From NCBI GenBank assembly GCA_963716945.1, contig OY970322.1, positions 270,001 through 302,000 of the forward strand: DNA of 32,000 nucleotides, given 5' to 3'. The notes beneath the pieces were generated by a model. The model searched no databases. It had not been told where the DNA came from and saw only the letters and a program-made list of their open reading frames with translations. Source of the stretch: Candidatus Saccharimonadota bacterium. Its GTDB lineage: Bacteria > Patescibacteriota > Saccharimonadia > Saccharimonadales > UBA4665. A program made the translations under genes and the position numbers. Position 1 is the first letter of the stretch. Every line of letters starts with the position of its first letter. This document shows, one piece after another, positions 25,677 through 32,000 of this stretch.

Positions 25677-25895
25677 ATGTTCCACATCAGCAAAATCGTT
25701 ACCATCCAGATACCGATCGAAGAAGAAATGCGGGATGCCCTGCGTCGCAAAGCCCAATTTTTGGGCTTTGACTCAATCCAGGCTTACATACGTTTTTGGG
25801 CCAAGGCGGAGGTCGAAGGCCGCAAGATCGAGGTAGACGACACTGGCTGGGAACCGGATTTGTTCATGGAGCCCAAACACCCTGGTGGCAAATAA
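25677..25895 (+). CDS. small ribbon-helix-helix (CopG/Arc-like) protein
   Basis: GGAGGG lies 6 nt upstream of the ATG at 25677 (the track uses TTG at 25623). 'IVTIQIPIEEEMRDALRRKAQFLGFDSIQAYIRFWAKAE' fits a beta-strand, helix, helix pattern. 72 aa. Confidence 0.5.
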   Translation: MFHISKIVTIQIPIEEEMRDALRRKAQFLGFDSIQAYIRFWAKAEVEGRKIEVDDTGWEPDLFMEPKHPGGK

Positions 25896-25942
25896 ACGCC
25901 ATCCCTGTTAAAATAAGACCAACTAAACAAGGAATATCATAA

Positions 25943-26407
25943 GTGGAAAGAACCCTGATCATTGCTAAACCGGACGCCATCCAGCGGGGCCTGATCGGCG
26001 AAATCATCAGCCGCTTGGAGCGCAAGGGCCTCAAGCTGATCGGCATCAAAATGTCCAGTCTCGACGAGGCCATGCTGCGCAGCCACTACGCCGAACACGT
26101 CGATAAGTCATTCTACAAGGGCCTTGAACAATTTATGAAGAGTTCGCCGGTCGTTGTCATGGCCTGGGAAGGCTACGAGTGCGTCGAATCCGTCCGCACG
26201 CTGGTCGGCGCCACCAATCCGCGCCAAGCCTCGCCCGGCTCTATCAGGGGTGATTTGGCTATCGGTACCGGCCGTAACCTGGTCCACGCTTCGGACTCCA
26301 AGAGCAGCGGTGAAGCCGAAGTCGCCAGCTTCTTCAATGCCAAGGAATTACTCGATTACGACAAGTCCGAGTACCTGCACATATACGAAGACTTTGAGCG
26401 CAATTAG
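25943..26407 (+). CDS. ndk: nucleoside diphosphate kinase
   Basis: GTG start. 'ERTLIIAKPDAIQRGLIGEIISRLERKGLKL', and the active-site His context 'NLVHASDS'. Confidence 0.95.
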   Translation: MERTLIIAKPDAIQRGLIGEIISRLERKGLKLIGIKMSSLDEAMLRSHYAEHVDKSFYKGLEQFMKSSPVVVMAWEGYECVESVRTLVGATNPRQASPGSIRGDLAIGTGRNLVHASDSKSSGEAEVASFFNAKELLDYDKSEYLHIYEDFERN

Positions 26408-26444
26408 CGATTAGTCCGGCCGCGAACTGCTACAATCAAAACGG

Positions 26445-26519
26445 GCCCTTGTAGTTCAATGGATAGAATAACTCCGTCCTAAGGAGCAGATCTGCGTTCG
26501 AATCGCGGCAGGGGTACCA
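26445..26519 (+). tRNA. tRNA-Arg (anticodon CCT), CCA encoded
   Basis: 75-nt manual cloverleaf. Acceptor GCCCTTG/CAGGGGT, D stem GTTC/GAAT, anticodon arm ACTCC-GTCCTAA-GGAGC (CCT at 26478-26480), 4-nt variable loop, T arm CTGCG-TTCGAAT-CGCGG. This is the same architecture as E. coli argW. Confidence 0.85.
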
Positions 26520-26523
26520 ATTA

Positions 26524-27225
26524 TTACTTAACCACCACCACACCCTTAAACCCGCTGCCCGGGTTAAGGTCGTCATGGTAGGTATAGGTACCGGCCTTGC
26601 TAAAGACGTAGTCATAGCTGCCGCCGGCAGCAATAGCCTGGCCTGATTTAGGGTCGGGCGTATTGCCGGTAGGCTTAGGGTCATCCGAAGTAACGAAATG
26701 GGGCTTGCTGTCGCTATTGGTCCAGACCACGGCCTGGCCGGCCTTAACTGAGACGGTAGCCGGGCTGAAACCGCTGCCGGTGATACTGACGGCGGCCGGG
26801 GGAGTGGTGGCGGGGAGCAGGTCGGCTGCCTGGTGGCTGCCCGCCGAGGACGAAACGCCGGCTTTGGGATTCTTGAAAGCGTAAAAACCGCCGACGGCTA
26901 CCAAGGCGACCAAGACCACCAGCGCCGCCGTTACCGGCATCTTACGGTTGCTGCCGGCCGGTTCGGAACCGCCGCCGACAACGATCGATTCACCGGATAG
27001 GCCGTCAACCGGCTGCGGATAGGCAGGCGGGGCTTCGGGCGCCGGACTGGCCGTTATGTCCGCGGGCGTATCGGCTGAGGGGCCGCTTTCTGCAACGTCT
27101 GTCGGAATATTGTCCGCCGGATTAGGTGCGCCGGCCTCCGGAGCGGGGCTGGGCGGCACGGCCGCGGCCGGAACGCTTGGTTCGGGTGGTTGGGTTTGTG
27201 TGTCTTGCGGTTCGTCAGGTTGCAT
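26524..27225 (-). CDS. membrane-anchored cupredoxin-fold protein lacking copper ligands, with Pro-rich N-terminal region
   Basis: GAGGG lies upstream of the ATG. About 95 aa of P/A/E-rich sequence are followed by the TM 'VTAALVVLVALVAVGGFYAF'. The C-terminus 'VSVKAGQAVVWTNSDSKPHFVTS...GGSYDYVFSKAGTYTYHDDLNPGSGFKGVVVV' has the cupredoxin_1-like pattern. There is no Cys in the protein. Confidence 0.65.
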   Translation of the reverse strand: MQPDEPQDTQTQPPEPSVPAAAVPPSPAPEAGAPNPADNIPTDVAESGPSADTPADITASPAPEAPPAYPQPVDGLSGESIVVGGGSEPAGSNRKMPVTAALVVLVALVAVGGFYAFKNPKAGVSSSAGSHQAADLLPATTPPAAVSITGSGFSPATVSVKAGQAVVWTNSDSKPHFVTSDDPKPTGNTPDPKSGQAIAAGGSYDYVFSKAGTYTYHDDLNPGSGFKGVVVVK

Positions 27226-27298
27226 AGTCCCTCTCTCTCAATATCTAGCCTCATCTAATCACGCGGCCGGACGGCTGTCAATCAATAAGCATAAACTT

Positions 27299-27307
27299 TG
27301 TTACAAT
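27299..27307 (+). promoter_or_regulatory. extended -10 TGTTACAAT upstream of the DUF304 gene
   Basis: tTGtTACAAT abuts the ATG at 27308 and lies 6 nt upstream of the ATG at 27314. The 11-mer TTTGTTACAAT also occurs at the xerC promoter. Confidence 0.4.
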
Positions 27308-27922
27308 ATGCCTATGGCGCAAACACCGGACGGCCCGGCCAAACAAACACCGCAGAAGTACTTCGACGACCAGTTCGACGACGAAGAGGTACTGTACGTT
27401 TTCCATAAACACCCGATCGTGATGCGCCGCGGCCTGATTATCGGTATGGTCGCCTGGCTGCTGGGCCCGGTTTACACCTTGATCCTGACCTATACCCAGC
27501 CTAATAACCCGCCCAACCTAACGTTTTTCGGCCTCAGCCTGGCGTTCAGCATTGTTCTGGGCCTGGTTCTTTTCACGCCGAGCTGGATCGGCTGGCATTT
27601 CAGCGTTTTCATCGTCACCGACCAGCGCTTCATCCAAATCAGCCAGAAAGGCTTGTTCCACCGTTCGGTAGCCGATTTGGGGCTGAACCAAATCCAGTCC
27701 GTCAACTACGAAGTCTCCGGCTTGCAGGAAACGCTGCTCGGATTTGGTACAATAAGGATGCAGACATACGTGGGGGACCTGACGATTCACGAAGTCCATC
27801 ATCCGGCCCGGATTCAGAAAAAACTCCTCGAGATACTGCGCAAAGAAGGATTTACTACCAATACGTATCCGGCTAGCCCGCAGCAGCCGAATCAAGCGCA
27901 TGAAGAAACCGAAGCAGATTAA
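27308..27922 (+). CDS. membrane-flanked bacterial PH domain protein (DUF304 / YdbS-YdbT-like)
   Basis: The track ORF from 27056 overlaps the divergent gene and promoter. The first plausible starts are ATG 27308 or 27314. Two TM helices are followed by 'WHFSVFIVTDQRFIQISQKGLFHRSVADLGLNQIQSVNYEVSGL...GFGTIRMQT'. Confidence 0.75.
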   Translation: MPMAQTPDGPAKQTPQKYFDDQFDDEEVLYVFHKHPIVMRRGLIIGMVAWLLGPVYTLILTYTQPNNPPNLTFFGLSLAFSIVLGLVLFTPSWIGWHFSVFIVTDQRFIQISQKGLFHRSVADLGLNQIQSVNYEVSGLQETLLGFGTIRMQTYVGDLTIHEVHHPARIQKKLLEILRKEGFTTNTYPASPQQPNQAHEETEAD

Positions 27923-29012
27923 GAAACCCAAACTCGCCGCCACTATCCGGCGCCCCGTCCAAGGCGTCGGCCGGCTAGCCCGCCGCCGCACCAAAACGAC
28001 CGAGGAAAAGGTCAGCGACGCCCTAAGCAACGTGCCGCGAATTACTAATGAGACCGTCGGCGAACACCGCGAAGAGGTCCTATCCAGCGCCCGCAAATAC
28101 ATCTATCCGCTGCAACACTCCAAGCACCACGTCGTCCGGACCTCGCTGGGCTTGTTCGCCTTGGTGATAGTCGCTTTTTTCGCGTTTTGCGGCCTGGGCT
28201 TGTATAAATTGCAGATGACGTCCGGCTTCATTTACGACGTCGCCCGGGTCGTGCCGTTCCCGGTCGCCAAAACCGGCAAGAGCTGGGTCAGCTACGAATC
28301 CTACCTCTTTGAACTGCGCCGCAACATGCATTATTACCAGACCCAGCAGCAGGCCGATTTCTCGACCAAGGACGGCCAGGCCCAGCTCAAGCGCCTCAAG
28401 CAGCAGGCCCTGGACCAGGTCATCCAGGACTCTTATGTCAAACAGCTGGCTGCCCAGCACGGCGTCAGCGTCAGCAACCGGGCCGTCGATAACGAAATCG
28501 ACCTGTTGCGCGCCGAAAACCGTCTCGGCAGCAGCCAGCGCGCCCTCGACGATTCGCTTAATTCTTTCTTCGGTTGGAATGAGAGCGACCTCAAACGCGA
28601 ACTCAAGCAGGAACTCCTGGCCCAAGCCGTAGTCGCCAAGCTGGACACCGGTACCGCCGCCCGCGCCCAGGCCGCGCTTAAGCAGCTCAAGGCCGGGGCC
28701 AATTTCGCCACCTTGGCCGGCCAGCTGTCCGACGACCTGTCGACCAAAGGCAACGGCGGCCAGTACCCGAGCGCTGTGACGATCAACGACAGCCAGGTCG
28801 CCCCGGCCATCACGGCCGCTCTCTTCAAGCTCCCGGCCGGCCAGTTCGCCGGCCCGGTCAACACCGGCTACAGCCTCGACATCGTCAAAGTCCTCGACGG
28901 CAACAGCAGCAGCGTCCAGGCCGCCCACATCCAGTTCAACTTCCAGCCCATAACTACTTACACCAAACCGCTCCAGGCCAAAGAACCGCCGCACGAATAC
29001 ATCAAGCCCTAA
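27900..29012 (+). CDS. membrane-anchored PpiD/PrsA-like foldase (SurA_N-like + parvulin-like domain)
   Basis: 370 aa, with a basic N-terminal tail and a TM. 'VSYESYLFELRRNMHYYQ...LKQQALDQVIQDSYVKQLAAQHGVSVSNRAVDNEI' has the SurA_N pattern. 'ALKQLKAGANFATLAGQLSDD...GNGGQY...ALFKLPAGQFAGPVNTGYSLDIVKV' has the parvulin pattern. It overlaps the upstream gene by 23 nt. Confidence 0.75.
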   Translation: MKKPKQIKKPKLAATIRRPVQGVGRLARRRTKTTEEKVSDALSNVPRITNETVGEHREEVLSSARKYIYPLQHSKHHVVRTSLGLFALVIVAFFAFCGLGLYKLQMTSGFIYDVARVVPFPVAKTGKSWVSYESYLFELRRNMHYYQTQQQADFSTKDGQAQLKRLKQQALDQVIQDSYVKQLAAQHGVSVSNRAVDNEIDLLRAENRLGSSQRALDDSLNSFFGWNESDLKRELKQELLAQAVVAKLDTGTAARAQAALKQLKAGANFATLAGQLSDDLSTKGNGGQYPSAVTINDSQVAPAITAALFKLPAGQFAGPVNTGYSLDIVKVLDGNSSSVQAAHIQFNFQPITTYTKPLQAKEPPHEYIKP

Positions 29013-29040
29013 TCCGAAGTTTGCTTTTTAATCGGCGAAT

Positions 29041-29049
29041 TGCTATGAT
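29041..29049 (+). promoter_or_regulatory. extended -10 TGCTATGAT upstream of tRNA-Asp
   Basis: TGcTATGAT lies about 42 nt upstream of the tRNA 5' end. It is followed by the 8-bp hairpin GCATTGGC-gtcg-GCCAATGC (29060-29079). Confidence 0.4.
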
Positions 29050-29090
29050 TACCCCTGTTGCATTGGCGTCGGCCAATGCCCGATAGGCAA

Positions 29091-29167
29091 GGGCTCGTAG
29101 TGAAGAGGCCTATCACGCCTCCCTGTCACGGAGGAGATCGCCGGTTCGAATCCGGTCGGGCCCGCCA
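29091..29167 (+). tRNA. tRNA-Asp (anticodon GTC), CCA encoded
   Basis: 77-nt manual cloverleaf. Acceptor GGGCTCG/CGGGCCC, D stem GTGA/TCAC, anticodon arm CCTCC-CTGTCAC-GGAGG (GTC at 29125-29127), T arm GCCGG-TTCGAAT-CCGGT, discriminator G. Confidence 0.9.
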
Positions 29168-29245
29168 AGCATAAGCAATATGTTATGAATGTTTGGCAGA
29201 TATTCTTATCCTTGATATATTCAATGTGTAACTAGAGCGGGAGTA

Positions 29246-29686
29246 ATGACCATGCGCACTTATAAAGTCAACTGCGTTGCACTGGGTATAATCAGTTTTG
29301 CTTTACTTGGACTTGTAGTACTTGTAAGTGGCAACAGTTACGCCGATAGTCCCTATCAAGCAAGCTGCTCAATTAGTGGGGTACCAGCAACGGCTACCGT
29401 AGGCACATCAATGAAGCCCGAATTAACAGTTACAAACAATGGCAGCGCAACTATTAGTCCGCATATGATTTCATTTGTAGCGACCACTGATGGCCCAACT
29501 ACCTATTTTAAAGATAAAGGCGTGGGCAAATTATTGCCTGGCCAGAGTAAAACCATTAAGCTTGGCAAATATACCCTTCAGTCGGGCGTACCGAGTGGTC
29601 CTGCGTCAGTCTTTTCCCACAGTGACCTGAATTTCAACGGCACAAAAGTTTTCTTTGAGTGCTCTCAAGACTTCTCAGTTCAGTAG
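29246..29686 (+). CDS. small secreted protein with a Cys-bracketed CARDB-like module
   Basis: Signal peptide 'VALGIISFALLGLVVLVSGNSYA|D'. The start may be the ATG at 29252 (GGGAG upstream). The mature part runs C41...C139 and contains 'ELTVTNNGSA' and 'LLPGQSKTIKL'. Confidence 0.6.
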   Translation: MTMRTYKVNCVALGIISFALLGLVVLVSGNSYADSPYQASCSISGVPATATVGTSMKPELTVTNNGSATISPHMISFVATTDGPTTYFKDKGVGKLLPGQSKTIKLGKYTLQSGVPSGPASVFSHSDLNFNGTKVFFECSQDFSVQ

Positions 29687-29752
29687 CATAACGGAGATAG
29701 TTCCAAATCTCTAACGGCACGGCCCCGCCAATTCGACAAACTTCCATTTTTG

Positions 29753-29761
29753 TGGTAGTAT
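29753..29761 (+). promoter_or_regulatory. extended -10 TGGTAGTAT 6 nt upstream of ATG 29768 (leaderless candidate)
   Basis: TGgTAGTAT-atcttt-ATG, with no SD. Confidence 0.4.
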
Positions 29762-29767
29762 ATCTTT

Positions 29768-30175
29768 ATGCCTGAAGAACAAAATACTGCTCAAATCCTC
29801 ATACCTGATTATGCGCTTTCTAAACAAGTTCAAGAAACAAGAAACGACCGTAGATACTTTATAGCTGGCATAGTTGCCGGCATCTCGATTGCCGCTACAG
29901 GCGTGGTTTTGGCCTATACTTCGTTAAGGAATGGTGATAACTCTCCAATTGGAGGAGCCTTAGTTGCGCCGGGTGCCGCTATAGGTGGACCTAGCGCATA
30001 CGGAACATTCAAGAAGACCCTGGAACTGCGCACACTCAAGAAGCAAGAACGTCAGGGTTTAGCTGCGGCTCGTGAGCATTATGAACAAAACCAGGGCCTT
30101 TACGAAGACGAGGCCCTTAAGGATGCCGTAGCTGCTGGTATTGTGCCTAACGGCTGGCTTGAAGAAATAAAATAG
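29768..30175 (+). CDS. hypothetical membrane protein
   Basis: 135 aa. TM 'YFIAGIVAGISIAATGVVLAY', a Gly/Ala-rich second hydrophobic stretch, and a charged helical C-terminus. No family recognised. Confidence 0.5.
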   Translation: MPEEQNTAQILIPDYALSKQVQETRNDRRYFIAGIVAGISIAATGVVLAYTSLRNGDNSPIGGALVAPGAAIGGPSAYGTFKKTLELRTLKKQERQGLAAAREHYEQNQGLYEDEALKDAVAAGIVPNGWLEEIK

Positions 30176-30217
30176 TTCCAGACCAGGTCTCGCCAAGTGG
30201 ACAAATTATCACGTTTA

Positions 30218-30226
30218 TGTTAATAT
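30218..30226 (+). promoter_or_regulatory. extended -10 TGTTAATAT 6 nt upstream of ATG 30233 (leaderless candidate)
   Basis: TGtTAATAT-ttattt-ATG, with no SD. Confidence 0.4.
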
Positions 30227-30232
30227 TTATTT

Positions 30233-30913
30233 ATGACGGAGACCAGAAAACCGGCTAAGAAGAACCTAGATCCGATTCAACGTGCAGGACATTTGTTACT
30301 TGCTTCCTTCAAGCACTCCAGAGGTAATCCGGGCTTACAAAAAAGTATATTTCAGTTCGTTGCCCTCTATCATGGCTCTAAGTTTACCTCGGAAGCAGTG
30401 CAACAAGCCCGGCCTATGGTAGTCGAGGCGGCCGGTAAATATATGTATGAGTCAGGGCAACACGTTGCGGTAAGGATTCAACGACATACTTCATCGGTAC
30501 TAGGCCTAATTGAGCAAACAGTAGAAGAGCAGGCGGGTAGCTTTAGGGCACAACTGGACCACTGGGCCCCGCGGAGCAATGGCCTTGACCTTACGGAGGC
30601 GGCAGCAAATGTAGTAGGGCTTGATGCGCGCTGGATTCCACACCTTCGGGATACTTATGATGGCGGTCGTTTCTCTGGGCAACGGGCACCCTATAGGAGT
30701 AACCTAGTCCATCATGGTTTACTCGCACGATCAACGGGCATGGAAGAAATTGATGATTTTTATACTAGAATTAGCGAGAGACTGCTTGCGGTATGGCAGC
30801 GGCCGGAACAGGCACCTCATAACATCATGCCGCACACTTATCAGGCAATTGCGGCTCATTTATCTTACAATCCAGATGATGCCCAACCCCTAATGGGGGC
30901 ACTAACGAAATAA
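30233..30913 (+). CDS. hypothetical cytoplasmic protein
   Basis: 226-aa ORF with no TM and no recognisable motif. It ends 18 nt from the convergent cupin gene. Confidence 0.55.
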   Translation: MTETRKPAKKNLDPIQRAGHLLLASFKHSRGNPGLQKSIFQFVALYHGSKFTSEAVQQARPMVVEAAGKYMYESGQHVAVRIQRHTSSVLGLIEQTVEEQAGSFRAQLDHWAPRSNGLDLTEAAANVVGLDARWIPHLRDTYDGGRFSGQRAPYRSNLVHHGLLARSTGMEEIDDFYTRISERLLAVWQRPEQAPHNIMPHTYQAIAAHLSYNPDDAQPLMGALTK

Positions 30914-30931
30914 TTCCAGCGCCTCTTTGGA

Positions 30932-31312
30932 TTATTCCGGCCAAACCGCGGTTTGCCGGACGCCGTCGCCCTCAGCCGGCTTGGGGCCGCCGATTGCCAG
31001 TACGTCCAGACCCTCCGGTCCGGCCTTGAAGGCCCGGACCACCTCTGGCGCCAACCTTATGACATCCCACGGTCCTATCTCAACCGGCTCGGTATTAATC
31101 AAGATATGCCCCGAACCTTTAACAACGACATAAACCTCTTCTTGAACTTTATGGCTGTGGGCCATCTCGGCCTTATAATTCGGTTCGTAGCTGAATAAAC
31201 TTACCCCCAGATCGCGCGAGTCCAGGTACTTGCGCGCGAACCGCGCTTCAAGCCCTTTGGTCTGCGACGAGCTTTCGACTTCCAGCAAGTTTACCTTAGA
31301 ATAATCCGACAT
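30932..31312 (-). CDS. cupin-domain protein
   Basis: 126 aa. Cupin motif 1 is 'AHSHKVQEEVYVVVKGSG'. Motif 2 region is 'GPWDVIRLAPEVVRAFKAG'. AGGAGGG and TATAAT lie upstream. Confidence 0.8.
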   Translation of the reverse strand: MSDYSKVNLLEVESSSQTKGLEARFARKYLDSRDLGVSLFSYEPNYKAEMAHSHKVQEEVYVVVKGSGHILINTEPVEIGPWDVIRLAPEVVRAFKAGPEGLDVLAIGGPKPAEGDGVRQTAVWPE

Positions 31313-31370
31313 CGGGCCCTCCTGCTTAAACGATAGAATTATACTACTAAAGGGGAGCGGCCGGCAGCGG

Positions 31371-32000
31371 TTATTTCATACCGCCGCCGCCTTTGGCGGG
31401 AATGATACTAAGCTGCCCGTCCTGGCCCGGTTCCAAAATGTAACCGCTGCCGTTAATGTCCGGAAAGCCGGTCAGCCCCTGTCCAAAAACCTGCTGGCTG
31501 CTATCTACGAAATCACCCGTGGTCTGTCCGGTAGAATCAGCCTGGTATTGGTCGGCGCCGGTAGAGTTCAAGAAGTCGGGCGGGGCAGTGCTGTCATGAG
31601 GGTAGATAGATAACAAGTATAAGTCCTGGTCTTCGATATAAGTAAGAGACAGATGTTCGGGGTCGTTGGGATCCGCCCACGCCACGACCGTATTCTTGTG
31701 CTCGGCGTCATGGAACAGAACCGGGTTATTGACCCACATGCCGCCACCCTTTTCGCCACTACTGTCGAGCGGTACCGAGACCACGCCGTTGAGCACCGTT
31801 TTGGTATAAGAAGGATCCGCGAACTGTTCGCGGGCTGTAGCTTCGGCTTGTTCCGGCGACACATAACCGGGAATCTCGCCGGCCGATTTTACGGCGTGAA
31901 GAATCATACCGCCTTCGGACGGCTTCGGCAGTTCGTAGGTGAAGCCGCAAATAGCGGCCACATTATTACTTTTCGAAACCGGCAGAGTAATCGTATTGGG
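31371..32000 (-). CDS. hypothetical protein, probably 5'-truncated by the window edge
   Basis: The track ORF begins at GTG 31961, but the frame stays open to nt 32000. The C-terminus is Gly-rich ('PAKGGGGMK'). No family recognised. Confidence 0.5.
   Translation of the reverse strand, partial: PNTITLPVSKSNNVAAICGFTYELPKPSEGGMILHAVKSAGEIPGYVSPEQAEATAREQFADPSYTKTVLNGVVSVPLDSSGEKGGGMWVNNPVLFHDAEHKNTVVAWADPNDPEHLSLTYIEDQDLYLLSIYPHDSTAPPDFLNSTGADQYQADSTGQTTGDFVDSSQQVFGQGLTGFPDINGSGYILEPGQDGQLSIIPAKGGGGMK

Larger units (their letters stand above)
29168..30930. other. low-GC three-gene islet immediately 3' of tRNA-Asp (candidate horizontally acquired segment)
   Basis: Hand counts of 60-nt lines give 22/60, 24/60 and 25/60 G+C at 29281, 29821 and 30301. 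One line at 30541 gives 38/60, and the flanking line at 28801 gives 45/60. No integrase was recognised and no convincing direct repeat was found. Confidence 0.45.

Noticed and set aside
30914-30950. Possible att-type direct repeat of the tRNA-Asp 3' end at the far edge of the low-GC islet ('TATTCCGGCCAAACCGCGG' versus 'GAATCCGGTCGGGCCCGCC').
   Set aside because: Only about 10 of 18 positions match by eye, and the match lies inside the cupin gene 3' end. This is not convincing as an attachment-site remnant.

Overview
GC-rich (about 60% or more in most lines counted by eye), gene-dense bacterial fragment with 33 supportable CDS, 2 tRNAs (Arg-CCT, Asp-GTC), and no rRNA, CRISPR array or transposase. 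The core (about 8.1-24.5 kb) is a complete type IV pilus (T4P) locus of the monoderm kind. Its order is pilM-pilN-pilO-small bitopic ORF-pilB-pilT-pilC-pilin, then a self-contained second pilin, then pilD, then four minor pilins. There is no secretin. The locus is headed by a 1,420-aa membrane-anchored chimeric surface protein. It ends stop-to-stop against a XerC/D-type tyrosine recombinase, whose upstream region carries a 24-bp perfect palindrome nested in a 74-bp dyad. Left flank: partial phosphoribosyltransferase-like gene, Crp/Fnr regulator, PH-domain protein, ychF, and a divergent MMPL/MFS transporter pair. Right flank: small RHH protein, ndk, tRNA-Arg, a ligand-less cupredoxin-like protein, a DUF304/PH membrane protein overlapping a PpiD/PrsA-like foldase, and tRNA-Asp. 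A low-GC three-gene orphan islet follows tRNA-Asp, then a cupin gene and a partial ORF. A recurring extended -10 (TGnTAnnnT) sits 6-9 nt upstream of several ATG starts, which suggests frequent leaderless mRNAs. The secretin-less pilus and compact organisation fit a monoderm or CPR/Patescibacteria (Saccharibacteria-like) lineage, but taxonomy cannot be established from this window. All product calls come from motif recognition by eye; no database search was possible. The many long antisense ORFs in the track are treated as GC-driven artefacts.
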